A stretch of 64,000 nucleotides of DNA from Oceanicaulis sp. (GTDB lineage: Bacteria; Pseudomonadota; Alphaproteobacteria; Caulobacterales; Maricaulaceae). The translations under genes were made by a program, and so were the position numbers. Every line of letters starts with the position of its first letter. Within the stretch, counting starts at the first letter, position 1. This document shows, one piece after another, positions 35,666 to 45,455 of the stretch. The stretch lies in NCBI GenBank assembly GCA_020832735.1, contig JAFIEB010000143.1, positions 26,456-90,455 on the forward strand, in the 5' to 3' direction. The notes below the pieces were generated by a model. That model saw only the letters and a list, made by a program, of their open reading frames with translations. It was not told the DNA's origin and did no database searches.

Positions 35666-36082
35666 CTATGCGCCAGCGTCGTCAGCGTTGTCCGTTGCGC
35701 GCTCCAGGAGCTGGTATTCGCCCAGACCGCAGGCGCCGCGGTTCATGCGCGATGACTGATCGATCACCCGCACGATCTCGCCGCGGCACAGCTGGCCGCC
35801 CGGCACCCGGTACTCCAGATAGGAAAACGCGCTTGCAGCGCCAAAACAGCCCCGGCTGACTTCATTGAGCCAGATGTCGCCGCCGCGCGTCTCCACCAGC
35901 CAGCGGCTGTCATCGAGCGGCGTGATGTTGCGGATGCGCGTGGTCGACAGGCAGCTGCGGGTCTCGCCCGTGGGAGCGAACTCCGCCAGGCGCGCTTCGG
36001 CGCGCTCCTGGGAAGATTGACCAATCGCTGCGGCGCTGACGCCCGCAGCCAGCAGCGCAGCGCACAAGGCATGTTTCATCAT
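35666..36082 (-). CDS. hypothetical secreted protein
   Basis: A signal peptide MMKHALCAALLAAGVSAAAIG is followed by a protein-like composition with 4 Cys. I did not recognise any family with confidence. Confidence 0.6.
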   Translation of the reverse strand: MMKHALCAALLAAGVSAAAIGQSSQERAEARLAEFAPTGETRSCLSTTRIRNITPLDDSRWLVETRGGDIWLNEVSRGCFGAASAFSYLEYRVPGGQLCRGEIVRVIDQSSRMNRGACGLGEYQLLERATDNADDAGA

Positions 36083-36282
36083 GACGGTCTCCTTCGAACA
36101 ACCACCGGCATATCGCCAGCTTTGTATTCGATAATAATAGCATAACCGTCGCAGATTTCCCCGGGCGCACGCCTGTCTGCTGCATTAAATCGCGCTCATG
36201 GTACGTTCATCGACCGCTCAGTGAGGCGTGATAATTGCAAAGCGGCGCGGGCAACAGGCATGCAGATCAGGAGGCGTGCGTC

Positions 36283-36774
36283 ATGATGAGACATATCGCA
36301 GGCGCTTGCGCAGCGATGGCGTTCGCCTTCACGAGCGCTGCAGCTCAAAATCCGGGACAAATTGCGCGGGCACAGACCGGTGCAGACTGCCCGGGATGCA
36401 ATCTGTTCCAGGCCGATTTGTCTTACAGATCCCTGGACCGCGCCGACTTCTCCCGGGCGCGTCTGCGTCAGGCCGATCTGAGCATCTCCACATTCAACGG
36501 CGCACGCTTTGACGGAGCGGACCTGTTTTCAGCAAACCTGTTCGCCGCCCGTTTCACCGGGGCCCGCTTTGACGGCGCGGACTTGCGCCAGGCGGTGCTG
36601 GTGGGCGCCCATTTCGGCGGAGCCAGTTTCACCGGCGCGAGACTGGACAACGCCAATCTGTCCGGCGCGGAGCTATCAGACGCGCGCGGGCTGACCCAGT
36701 CCCAGCTGTCGGCTGCGTGCGGGGATGCATACACAACCCTGCCCGCCGGTCTGAGAACGCCCCCCTGCCGCTGA
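36283..36774 (+). CDS. secreted pentapeptide-repeat protein
   Basis: The ATG at 36283 follows AGGAGG and opens the signal peptide MMRHIAGACAAMAFAFTSAAA. Then comes a run of A(D/N)LxG/F pentapeptides (ADLSYRSLDRADFSRARLRQADLSISTFNGARFDGADL...). The run is bracketed by CPGC and ACGD...C motifs. Confidence 0.88.
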   Translation: MMRHIAGACAAMAFAFTSAAAQNPGQIARAQTGADCPGCNLFQADLSYRSLDRADFSRARLRQADLSISTFNGARFDGADLFSANLFAARFTGARFDGADLRQAVLVGAHFGGASFTGARLDNANLSGAELSDARGLTQSQLSAACGDAYTTLPAGLRTPPCR

Positions 36775-36835
36775 ACATCCCGGCCTTACTGACAATTAAG
36801 TCGCAAGCGGAGCATCTGCACGCTAGCGTAAGATC

Positions 36836-38059
36836 ATGACCTTGCGCGTGTGTCTGTCCGCCGCTTGCGCCCTGATCGTCGCCGCAGCCAGTGCGGCGGC
36901 CCAGGAGCCGTATCGGCGTCTGGTGATCAGCGGGGACTGCGTGCAATGCGATTTCGCCGGCAAGAATCTGGCCGGCGTGCACATGCTGGGCGGAGACTTT
37001 TCGGGTGTGCGCCTGGCCGGTTCCGAGCTGCTTGGCGCGCGCATCCTGGACGTCCGCATGGAAGGCGCAGACCTCTCGGGCGCCTCGCTGATTGAAGCGC
37101 ATCTGGCTGATACCGTACTGACCCGCGCAAGGCTCACCGGCGCGCGCCTGGACCGGGCGCGCCTGCACCGTGTTGATCTTCAACGCGCCCGGATGATGAG
37201 CGCAGGGCTGGACGGCGCCGTGTTCCTGCTGTCCGACCTGACGCGCGCAAACATGCGCCAGATCAGCGCTTCCGGCGCTGTCATGCGCCAGACCAGCCTG
37301 GAAAACGCCGATCTGCGCAATGCGCGCCTGACAGGCGCTCATATCGTGTCCGGCCGGATGGCCGGCGCCGATCTGCGCCAGGCGATCCTGACGCGGGCCA
37401 TCATCGAGAATACAGATCTCACCGGCGCCGACCTGCGCGGCGCCAACCTGGAGGGCGCGCGCTTCATCGCGGTCAATCTGTCCGGCGCCGATTTCAGGCA
37501 TGTGACGGGGCTTGACGTTGAAACCTTCCGGCTTGCCTGCGGCGATGACTCCACCCGCCTGCCGGACGACCTCGCCATGTCAGCCTGCGGCGAACCGGTG
37601 CAAATGGCCGATTTCACCAATATGGCGCGCACCAGCCGCCGCATGGCCGATCCGCACGCTCATACGGATGATGTGCGCGCTGCGCTGGAGCAGGCGCTCG
37701 CCCAGTCCGAACGCGCCTTCATGATGCGCCACCACGCCCCGTCAGAAGCCATGGAAGCGGCGCGCGACAGCTTGCGGGCGGCGGCGGAAGCGATGGCGGC
37801 CGCCGACCGTCATCCAGAGTACGCCAGCTGGCGGTTTGAGATGCGGCGCTCTGAAATCGGCGAGCCGCTGCGCGTGATCATCGAGCAGTCCGGCGCCGCC
37901 CCGCGTCCGCCGCGGCGCGCAGCGCTGGCGCCTGAACCTGTGCGGCCCGCCCAGGCGCCCGAGCTGCGCCGGGAACCGGTCCGGCCCGTGCAGGCGCCTG
38001 AGCAGCGGCGCGAACCGGTCCGGCCCGCGCCTGAGCGCCGGGAGCGGCCGAACCGCTAG
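36836..38059 (+). CDS. secreted pentapeptide-repeat protein with a Pro/Arg-rich repeat tail
   Basis: A signal peptide MTLRVCLSAACALIVAAASAAA is followed by CVQC, then ~200 aa of pentapeptide repeats, then ACGDDSTRLPDDLAMSAC. A helical segment follows, then the tandem tail PEPVRPAQAPELRREPVRPVQAPEQRREPVRPAPERRER. Confidence 0.85.
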   Translation: MTLRVCLSAACALIVAAASAAAQEPYRRLVISGDCVQCDFAGKNLAGVHMLGGDFSGVRLAGSELLGARILDVRMEGADLSGASLIEAHLADTVLTRARLTGARLDRARLHRVDLQRARMMSAGLDGAVFLLSDLTRANMRQISASGAVMRQTSLENADLRNARLTGAHIVSGRMAGADLRQAILTRAIIENTDLTGADLRGANLEGARFIAVNLSGADFRHVTGLDVETFRLACGDDSTRLPDDLAMSACGEPVQMADFTNMARTSRRMADPHAHTDDVRAALEQALAQSERAFMMRHHAPSEAMEAARDSLRAAAEAMAAADRHPEYASWRFEMRRSEIGEPLRVIIEQSGAAPRPPRRAALAPEPVRPAQAPELRREPVRPVQAPEQRREPVRPAPERRERPNR

Positions 38060-38076
38060 GGCGCGGCCCTTTGAGA

Positions 38077-39891
38077 TCAGGCTTTCTTCGGCTCCGGCGC
38101 GACAGTGCGCAGGTGCAGTTCGCGCAGCTGGCGCGGCTCCGCCTCGGCGGGCGCATTCATCATCAGATCGCGCGCCTGCTGGTCCTTCGGGAACATCACC
38201 ACTTCGCGCAGATTCTCCTCGCCCGCCAACAGCATGACGATGCGGTCCACGCCCGGCGCGATGCCGCCATGGGGCGGCGCGCCGCAACGGAAGGCGTTGA
38301 GCATGCCGCCAAACGCCGTCTCCACGGTTTCGGGGCCGTAGCCCGCAAATTCAAAGGCTTTGAGCATCACGTCCGGGCGGTGGTTCCGGATCGCGCCTGA
38401 GGACAGCTCCACCCCGTTGCACACGATGTCGTACTGCCAGGCGTTCAGGCCCAGCAGCGTCTCGTGATCGTCCGGGCTCAGCGCCATGAATGCGTCGGCG
38501 TCCATTTGGGGCATGGAGAACGGGTTGTGGGAGAACTCCACCTTTTTGTTCTCCTCGTCCCACTCATACATCGGGAAATCGATGATCCAGCAGAATTTGA
38601 AGATGTTCTCTTCAAACAGGCCCAGCTCGCGCCCGACAATATCGCGCGCCTTGCCCGCAAAGCTGTAGAAGGCTTTGGGATCGCCCGCAGCGAAGAACAC
38701 CGCGTCGCCCGCTTCCAGGCCCAGCTGGGTGCGGATGGCGTCTGTGCGCTCCGGGCCGATATTCTTGGCGATGGGGCCGGCGCCTTCGAGCGCGCCGCCC
38801 TCCTCACGCCAGAAGATATAGCCCAGCCCCGGCTGGCCTTCCTTCTGGGCCCAGGCGTTCATCCGGTCGCAGAATGCCCGGCTGCCGCCCGATTTGGCCG
38901 GGATCGCCCACACTTCCACCTTCGGGTTCTTCTCGATCATGCCGGCGAACACCTTGAAGCCGGACCCGGCGAAGTGCTCGGTCACCGCCTGCATTTTGAT
39001 CGGGTTGCGCAAATCCGGCTTGTCCGAACCATAGCTGCGGATGGCCTCGGCGTAGGGAATGCGCGCGAACGCCTCGTCTGGGACGTGGCGCTCGCCGGCG
39101 AATTCCTGGAACACGCCTTGGAGCACAGGCTCGATGGCGTTGAACACGTCTTCCTGGGTGACGAAGCTCATTTCCATGTCGAGCTGGTAGAACTCGCCCG
39201 GCGCCCGGTCGGCGCGCGCGTCCTCGTCGCGGAAGCACGGTGCGATCTGGAAATAGCGGTCAAAGCCCGACACCATGATCAGCTGTTTGAACTGCTGGGG
39301 CGCCTGGGGCAGCGCGTAGAACTTGCCCGGATGCAGGCGCGACGGCACCAGGAAGTCGCGCGCGCCCTCGGGCGAGGACGCGGTGAGGATCGGGGTCTGG
39401 TACTCGGTGAAGCCCTGATCGGTCATGCGCCGGCGCAGGGAGTCGATGATCTGGCTGCGCAGCACGATGCGCTTGTGCAGGCTCTCGCGGCGCAGATCGA
39501 CATAGCGGTGCTTCAGGCGCACTTCCTCTGACCAGTCGGGCTCGCCAAACACCGGCAGGGGCAGTTCTTCAGCCGCCGACAGCACCTGCACGTCGGAGAC
39601 CCGCAACTCCACTGCGCCAGTGGGCAGGTTGGCGTTCACCGTGTCGTCGCTGCGCGCAATCACCTCGCCGGTGACGCACACAACGCTTTCCACCCGCAGG
39701 CGCTCCAGCGTGGCGAAATGCGCATTGTCCGGCTCCAGCACGCACTGGGTCAGGCCGTAATGATCGCGCAGGTCGACGAACAGCAATCCGCCATGGTCGC
39801 GCTTGCGATGGATCCAGCCGGACAGGCGCGCGGTCTGGCCGACATCGGCCTTGCGCAGGGCGCCGCAGGTATGGGTGCGATAGGCGTGCAT
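38077..39891 (-). CDS. aspS: aspartate--tRNA ligase
   Basis: [46 protein letters not shown]...[12 protein letters not shown]...; 604 aa, class IIb with the bacterial insertion domain. Confidence 0.96.
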   Translation of the reverse strand: MHAYRTHTCGALRKADVGQTARLSGWIHRKRDHGGLLFVDLRDHYGLTQCVLEPDNAHFATLERLRVESVVCVTGEVIARSDDTVNANLPTGAVELRVSDVQVLSAAEELPLPVFGEPDWSEEVRLKHRYVDLRRESLHKRIVLRSQIIDSLRRRMTDQGFTEYQTPILTASSPEGARDFLVPSRLHPGKFYALPQAPQQFKQLIMVSGFDRYFQIAPCFRDEDARADRAPGEFYQLDMEMSFVTQEDVFNAIEPVLQGVFQEFAGERHVPDEAFARIPYAEAIRSYGSDKPDLRNPIKMQAVTEHFAGSGFKVFAGMIEKNPKVEVWAIPAKSGGSRAFCDRMNAWAQKEGQPGLGYIFWREEGGALEGAGPIAKNIGPERTDAIRTQLGLEAGDAVFFAAGDPKAFYSFAGKARDIVGRELGLFEENIFKFCWIIDFPMYEWDEENKKVEFSHNPFSMPQMDADAFMALSPDDHETLLGLNAWQYDIVCNGVELSSGAIRNHRPDVMLKAFEFAGYGPETVETAFGGMLNAFRCGAPPHGGIAPGVDRIVMLLAGEENLREVVMFPKDQQARDLMMNAPAEAEPRQLRELHLRTVAPEPKKA

Positions 39892-40029
39892 GGCGTGATG
39901 ATCCGATCCGGAGTGGCGGGAGCGTCGTGGAGGCAGGCGAGCGCGGGTTTTGGCGGCGCCTGCGCGCGCTTGTCAAGGAAGGCGCAGCCGTCTTGTGAAG
40001 CGGCGAGAACGCCGCCAGCATGCGCGGCC

Positions 40030-40749
40030 ATGCGCGCACACATCTTCAATCTCGGATTCTGGGCCATTTCCGGCCTCATGGCGATCGCCCTCTCCCCGGT
40101 GCTGCTGCTGCCCGGGCGGGGCGGCGTGGCGTTCGCCATTCACTGGCATGCGCGCGCCTTTCGCGCCTGGCTCGGCATATGCGGCGTGCGGGTGGCGTAT
40201 CGCGGCCTGCACCATGTGCGCGCCATTCCAGCCGCCGTGCTGGCGTCCAAGCACCAGAGCTGGGGCGACGGATTGCTTCAGGTCGCGCGCGACCGCGACC
40301 TCGCCTATGTCATCGGCGACCACATGCTCGCCTTCCCGCTGGCCGGGCTGTATCTGCAGAAAGCGGGCGCGGTGGTGGTCGACGCCACCAGCGGCGGACG
40401 GCGCACGCCCGGCGCGTTCGAGGCGGGGGTTGAGCGGCTGACGCGCGAGGGACGCGCGGCGCTGATCTTTCCCGAAGGCGGGATCGCCGGTCCCGGTTCA
40501 AGCCTGCGCTACCGCAAGGGGGCGCACAAGCTCGCCTGCGCGCTGGGGCGCGACGTGATCCCGGTGGCCACCAATCTGGGCTGTTTCTGGCCCCGAAAGG
40601 ACTGGACTCTGAAGCCCGGCGTCGCGGTGGTCGAGTTTCTCGCGCCCATGACGCCCGGCCCGGACGCGCGCGCCTTCATGGCCGAGCTGGAAGGGCGGAT
40701 CGAAACCCGCACCCGCGCGCTGGAAGCCGAAGCCCTGCGTGCGCGCTAG
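40030..40749 (+). CDS. 1-acyl-sn-glycerol-3-phosphate acyltransferase family protein (PlsC-like), paralog 1
   Basis: The in-frame ATG at 40030 opens MRAHIFNLGFWAISG (TM segment). The acyltransferase motifs are SKHQSWGD (HX4D-type block) and IFPEGG. Confidence 0.8.
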   Translation: MRAHIFNLGFWAISGLMAIALSPVLLLPGRGGVAFAIHWHARAFRAWLGICGVRVAYRGLHHVRAIPAAVLASKHQSWGDGLLQVARDRDLAYVIGDHMLAFPLAGLYLQKAGAVVVDATSGGRRTPGAFEAGVERLTREGRAALIFPEGGIAGPGSSLRYRKGAHKLACALGRDVIPVATNLGCFWPRKDWTLKPGVAVVEFLAPMTPGPDARAFMAELEGRIETRTRALEAEALRAR

Positions 40750-41162
40750 CGAATGCGCCAGAGCGTATGGTCGCCCTCCAGCGCAATGCGCTGGAAATAG
40801 CCGGCCGCCTCTCCGCGCCCGCACTCGGTGCGCGCGCCCTCATAGCTGAAATTCTCGCCAGGACTGACGCATATCGGCGCATGCCCGCCCCCGGCCTCGG
40901 GCGCAGGCGTGGCCCAGCCCTGGAACCGGCCGCCTGCCATCACGGCGCCGCTGGCCGCGAACAGATAGGCTTCCGGCCCCTGCACCACGCCCAAGGATAC
41001 ACATACCCCGGGCGCCACATGCAGCCAGCCTTCGGTGAAGCGCTGCCCGTCGATAACGCCCGACACGGCCACGCGATGGGCCTCGGCGCGTTCATTGCAG
41101 ACCTCGATTTCTGAATAGGCCGCCGAGCTTAACGCCGCGGCCAGCAATGCTGGAATCATCAT
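40746..41162 (-). CDS. DUF1036-like secreted protein
   Basis: A signal peptide MMIPALLAAALSSAAYS is followed by IEVCNERAEAHRVAVSG....FTEGWLHVAPGVCV, which resembles the DUF1036 start. The assignment is from memory. Confidence 0.5.
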   Translation of the reverse strand: MMIPALLAAALSSAAYSEIEVCNERAEAHRVAVSGVIDGQRFTEGWLHVAPGVCVSLGVVQGPEAYLFAASGAVMAGGRFQGWATPAPEAGGGHAPICVSPGENFSYEGARTECGRGEAAGYFQRIALEGDHTLWRIR

Positions 41163-41414
41163 GGGTCTTGTCTCCTCTCAACGGGATTCTGAAAGGCAGG
41201 ATCATAGCCATGAGCGCCCACCTTGATTGTGATCAGCCGGTCAACCGGCCCTCCTCCCTGAAGGGGCCCACCTCATTGATCTGATGCCCATTGTAACAGA
41301 TGGCCCCTGCTATCCGAAGGAGGTCCGCGTCCGCGATAAATCAAACAATATTACAAGCGGATAGCATTTCAGCCAGCGTCTCATTCGATAATGAATATTG
41401 GGCTCCGGATTTGA

Positions 41415-41482
41415 AGTGAGCGCTCACTCATTTTATTGTTGACGACCATGGGGCCGAACCAGTATGTAAGTGAGCGCTCACT
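41415..41482. promoter_or_regulatory. twin 14-bp perfect palindromes AGTGAGCGCTCACT bracketing a sigma70-like promoter (candidate TetR operators)
   Basis: Identical 17-mers AAGTGAGCGCTCACTCA occur at 41414-41430 and 41468-41484. Between them TTGACG (41439-41444) is followed by an 18-nt spacer and TATGTA (41463-41468). The block lies immediately upstream of the TetR gene. Confidence 0.6.
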
Positions 41483-41514
41483 CACAGCGATGCGCTCAAC
41501 GAGGAAACGGTCTC

Positions 41515-42153
41515 ATGCCCCCAACTGACGCCACGCCCCTGCACTCAGACATGATGGCTGCTGCCGATGCCCGCGGTGTCACGGCCCCGGACGGCACAGC
41601 GATGGCGCGCATTGAGCGCGCAGCGCTCACCCTGTTCGCCACGAGGGGCATTGATGGCGTGACCACGCGCGAAATCGCGGCGCGTGCAGGCGTGGCGGAA
41701 GGCTCGATCTACCGTCACTATCCGGGCAAGGAAGCGCTGGCGCGCGCCCTGTTCGACGCCATTCACGGCAGATTGTTCGAGCTGATCGAAGACGCCCTGA
41801 CCGCTTCAATTGATGATTTCGAGGCGGCGGTGACGAATGTGGTCGCGGTCTATTGTCAGGCGGCGGATGCAGATCGCGTTCTGTTTGAATACCATATCAC
41901 GCAGATGTTCCGCTTTGCGCGCGCCGACGCCGCCGGCCGGCCCGACCCGACGGGCCTGATCGCAAAGCGCATCGCGCGGGCCATGGCTGAGGGCGATTGT
42001 CCTTCGGGCAATGCTGAACTCAAAGCCGCTGCAGCGCTTGGAGTCGTGCTCCAGCCTGCCGCGCACCGGATTGCGGGCCGATTGAATATCGCCCTCACCG
42101 ACCACTCCCGGACCCTGGCGCGCGCCGCGCTGGCAGCCATTCGCGAGGCCTGA
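41515..42153 (+). CDS. TetR/AcrR family transcriptional regulator
   Basis: The HTH reads RIERAALTLFATRGIDGVTTREIAARAGVAEGSIYRHYPGKEAL. The ATG at 41515 follows GAGGA. The GTG at 41470 in the track would lie inside the operator. Confidence 0.85.
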   Translation: MPPTDATPLHSDMMAAADARGVTAPDGTAMARIERAALTLFATRGIDGVTTREIAARAGVAEGSIYRHYPGKEALARALFDAIHGRLFELIEDALTASIDDFEAAVTNVVAVYCQAADADRVLFEYHITQMFRFARADAAGRPDPTGLIAKRIARAMAEGDCPSGNAELKAAAALGVVLQPAAHRIAGRLNIALTDHSRTLARAALAAIREA

Positions 42154-42199
42154 GCGCAACCGTGCGCCAGCCTGATGATCGCAATCAACGGAGCCTTCC

Positions 42200-42913
42200 A
42201 TGATCCGCAGCGTCCTTCACGCAGCCGCTTACTGGCTGATCACGATCATTGCAGCGATTGTCTGCACGCTGCTGGCGCTCTGGCCGGGGCGCCGCCCGCT
42301 GGCTGCAGGACTGCGGTACTACGCCAAGGCCCAGGTGCTGGCGCTGCGCTGGATCGCAGGCGTTCACATCGAGGTGCGCGGCCGCGAGCGGCTGCCCGAT
42401 GAACCCACCGTCATCGCCGCCAAACACCAGAGCTGGGGCGACGGTTTCGTCATGCTGGACGAACTCGCGGACCTCTCTTTCGTGGCCGGCGACCATTTGC
42501 TGAAATTTCCTCTGGTAGGCTGGATCCTGCACCGGATCGGCGCGATTGTTCTGTCCAATCATGGCGGCGAGGCCGAGCGCGAACGCATGGACAGGGGCTT
42601 GAAGAACCTGAAGCGTACGCGCCGCCCGGTCCTGATTTATCCCGAAGGCCATCTGGCCGCGCCCGGCGAGTCGCACCGCTACCGCAAGGGCGTGTTCCAC
42701 ATCTATGACGCCCTGAAACGCCCCTGCGTCCCGGTGGCCACCAGTCTGGGCCTGGCCTGGGACCGCAAGCGCTTCCTCAAGCGCCCGGGACGCGTCACAG
42801 TGGAATTTCTCGACCCTATCGGCCCGGGCCTGTCCAAGGAAGATTTCATGGCCAAGCTGGAGACCGTCATCGAAGCGCGCACACGCGCCCTGCTGCACGA
42901 GGCGCGCGCATGA
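42200..42913 (+). CDS. 1-acyl-sn-glycerol-3-phosphate acyltransferase family protein (PlsC-like), paralog 2
   Basis: Motifs AKHQSWGDGF and IYPEGH, with an N-terminal TM segment. It has the same architecture and length as the protein at 40030-40749. Confidence 0.85.
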   Translation: MIRSVLHAAAYWLITIIAAIVCTLLALWPGRRPLAAGLRYYAKAQVLALRWIAGVHIEVRGRERLPDEPTVIAAKHQSWGDGFVMLDELADLSFVAGDHLLKFPLVGWILHRIGAIVLSNHGGEAERERMDRGLKNLKRTRRPVLIYPEGHLAAPGESHRYRKGVFHIYDALKRPCVPVATSLGLAWDRKRFLKRPGRVTVEFLDPIGPGLSKEDFMAKLETVIEARTRALLHEARA

Positions 42914-44211
42914 GCCCGCTTTCCGCCTTCGCGCTTCTGGGCCAGCGGCGCTACTGGCCCATCTGGGCGGGCCAGACCCTGGGCGCTTTCAACGACAATC
43001 TGTTCCGGTATGCGCTGGTCACCATGGCCGCCTATCAGGGACTGACCGTGCTGGGCTTCCCCCCCGAGGAAATGGCGCCCATAGCCGCAACGGCCTTCAC
43101 CCTGCCCCTGTTCCTGTTTTCCGCGGTGGCGGGCCAGGTCGCCGACAAGTTCGACCGCATGAAAATCATGCGCGTCGCCAAGTTTTGCGAAATTTTCCTG
43201 ATGATGCTGGCCGGCGCCGGCTTTCTGCTTGGAGAGGCCTGGATTCTTCTGGCTGTCCTGTTTCTCATGGGCGTGCAAACGGCGTTTTTCGTGCCGGCGC
43301 GATCCGCCGCCATGCCCAATGTGCTCGACCGCAGCGAGCTGGTGGGCGGCAATGCGCTTCTGTCCGGCGCGATCAACATCATGATCCTGGCCGGCGCCAT
43401 GGGCGGGACGCTGCTGGTCGGTCAAGTCTGGGGCCCCGGCGCGCTGGGCGCGATCCTGATCGCCTGCGCCATTCTGGGCTGGCTGGCCATGCGCCAGGGC
43501 GTGCCGGCGCCGGCCAAGAACCCGGCGATGCGCGTCAGCTGGAATATCCTTGGCCAAACCATGCGCATGCTCCATTTCGGACTCAGCGACCGGCAGGTGG
43601 TCGGGCCGTTGCTGGGCGTGGCGTGGTTCTGGCTGCTGGCGGCCGCCGTCATCACCGTGCTGCCGGTCCTCACGGCGAATGTGCTGGGCGGCGCGCCCTC
43701 CGTGGTGGCGCTGTTCCAGTTGCTGTTCACGCTCGGCGCCGGTCTGGGCGCGGTGCTGTGCGCGGTCCTGTCGCGTGGCGGCGAAGCGCGCTGGCTGTCG
43801 ATCGCCGGGGCGGCGGGTCTGGTCATTTTCCCGCTCGATCTCGCCCTGCAGGCCCTGGGGCGCACGCCCGGGCCGGAGCTCATGGAAGCGGCCGCCTTCA
43901 TCGATGACCCGGACAATCTTCGCTTTCTCGCCGGATTGGTTCTGGCCGCCGTATCGGGCGGTCTGTTCCTGGTGCCGCGCCAGGCGATGATCCAGGGACG
44001 CGCCCTGCCCGACCGGCGCGGACGCATCCTGGCCGCCAGCGGCATTCTCAACGGCGCCGCCGCCACGCTGGGTCAGCTGGTCTTGCTGGGCCTGGCCCGG
44101 CTGGGGGCGCCCCTGCCCAGCATATTCATCCTGATCGCGCTGGGTTCGGCGGTGATCGTTCTGACCGATATTCTACGGCCCTCCCGGGCGTCTCCGGGCG
44201 GCGAGCCATGA
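42910..44211 (+). CDS. MFS transporter, lysophospholipid transporter (LplT)-like
   Basis: The start overlaps the acyltransferase stop (ATGA). A 12-TM MFS protein with N-terminus FALLGQRRYWPIWAGQTLGAFNDNLFRYAL and AGQVADKFDR, as in LplT. Coupling to an acyltransferase is the known LplT context. Confidence 0.7.
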   Translation: MSPLSAFALLGQRRYWPIWAGQTLGAFNDNLFRYALVTMAAYQGLTVLGFPPEEMAPIAATAFTLPLFLFSAVAGQVADKFDRMKIMRVAKFCEIFLMMLAGAGFLLGEAWILLAVLFLMGVQTAFFVPARSAAMPNVLDRSELVGGNALLSGAINIMILAGAMGGTLLVGQVWGPGALGAILIACAILGWLAMRQGVPAPAKNPAMRVSWNILGQTMRMLHFGLSDRQVVGPLLGVAWFWLLAAAVITVLPVLTANVLGGAPSVVALFQLLFTLGAGLGAVLCAVLSRGGEARWLSIAGAAGLVIFPLDLALQALGRTPGPELMEAAAFIDDPDNLRFLAGLVLAAVSGGLFLVPRQAMIQGRALPDRRGRILAASGILNGAAATLGQLVLLGLARLGAPLPSIFILIALGSAVIVLTDILRPSRASPGGEP

Positions 44212-44268
44212 GCGCTTCATGATCTGCCCTCTCGCCAAACGGCGCGCTCAAGGCTAAGTCCGCTCTTC

Positions 44269-45423
44269 ATGGAATGGATATCCGACACCAAACGCCTGAA
44301 GGCCGTATGCGCCGACTTGCACAAGGCCGATTTCGTCGCCGTGGACACCGAGTTCATGCGCGAGACGACGTTCTGGCCCCAGCTGTGCCTGATCCAGGCG
44401 GCGGGCGGCGAACACGAAGTGCTGATTGATCCGCTGGCTGAAGGGATTGATCTGGAACCCTTCTTCGCCCTGCTGGCTGATACGTCAGTGCTCAAGGTCT
44501 TCCATGCCTGCCGGCAGGATCTGGAAATCTTCTTTCACATGGCGAACGGGCTGATCCCGTCGCCTTTGTTCGACACCCAGATTGCGGCCATGGCCGTCGG
44601 GCTGGGCGATTCGATTTCCTACGACAATCTGGTGCGCGCCTGTCTGGGCCAGAGCGTGGACAAGGGCTCGCGCTTCACCGACTGGTCGCGCCGCCCCTTG
44701 TCTGACAGCCAGAAGACCTACGCGCTGGCGGATGTGACCTTGCTGCGCGACCTGTTTCCAGGGCTTCAGGAGCGCCTGCAACAGGCCGGCCGGGAAGCCT
44801 GGCTGGCCGAAGAGATGAAAATCCTCACCCGTCCGGCCACTTACGAGATGAAGCCCGAAGAGGCCTGGCGCCGGCTCAAGCTGCGCAAGATGACGCCCAA
44901 ATGGCTCGCCGCGCTCAAAGCCGCCGCCGAATGGCGCGAGCGCGAAGCCCAGACCCGCGATATTCCGCGCAGCCGGATCATGAAGGATGACGGGCTCTAT
45001 GAGCTGGCTCAGGCCGCGCCCCAGAGCGTCGAGGATCTCGGCGCATTGCGCGCGGTGCCGCGCGGATTTGAACGCTCCCGCCCCGCTGAGCGCCTGATCG
45101 AGCTGATGCAGACCGCCATGGCCGACCCCAAGGCCTACGCCCCGCGCCCCGACAAGCCCGAGCATGTCCCGTCCAATCTGGGACCGGTGGTCGAATTGCT
45201 CAAAGTGCTGCTCAAGGCGGTGGCTGAAGACGCCGATGTCGCACCGCGCCTGATCGCCACAGCGCCTGACCTGGAGCTGATCGCCGCCCATGACGAGGCG
45301 GATGTCCCGGCCATGTCGGGCTGGCGGCGCAAGGTGTTTGGCGACAAGGCCCTGCGCCTGAAGCGGGGCGAGCTGGCGCTGGTGCTCGAAAACGGCAAGG
45401 TCGAGGTGGTCGAGCTGGAATAG
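44269..45423 (+). CDS. rnd: ribonuclease D
   Basis: The DEDDy exonuclease motifs read FVAVDTEFMRETTFWPQLCLIQ...KVFHACRQDLE...YALADV, followed by an HRDC region. Confidence 0.93.
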   Translation: MEWISDTKRLKAVCADLHKADFVAVDTEFMRETTFWPQLCLIQAAGGEHEVLIDPLAEGIDLEPFFALLADTSVLKVFHACRQDLEIFFHMANGLIPSPLFDTQIAAMAVGLGDSISYDNLVRACLGQSVDKGSRFTDWSRRPLSDSQKTYALADVTLLRDLFPGLQERLQQAGREAWLAEEMKILTRPATYEMKPEEAWRRLKLRKMTPKWLAALKAAAEWREREAQTRDIPRSRIMKDDGLYELAQAAPQSVEDLGALRAVPRGFERSRPAERLIELMQTAMADPKAYAPRPDKPEHVPSNLGPVVELLKVLLKAVAEDADVAPRLIATAPDLELIAAHDEADVPAMSGWRRKVFGDKALRLKRGELALVLENGKVEVVELE

Positions 45424-45455
45424 CGCGCCTTCAGGCTTTCTGCCAAACTGCGCTG

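Noticed and set aside
39718-40029. The upstream 104 codons of the track ORF 39718-40749, which would extend the PlsC-like acyltransferase.
   Set aside because: This part overlaps the aspS 5' end in antisense and is Ala/Gly/Arg-rich. The ATG at 40030 gives a protein collinear with the paralog at 42200.
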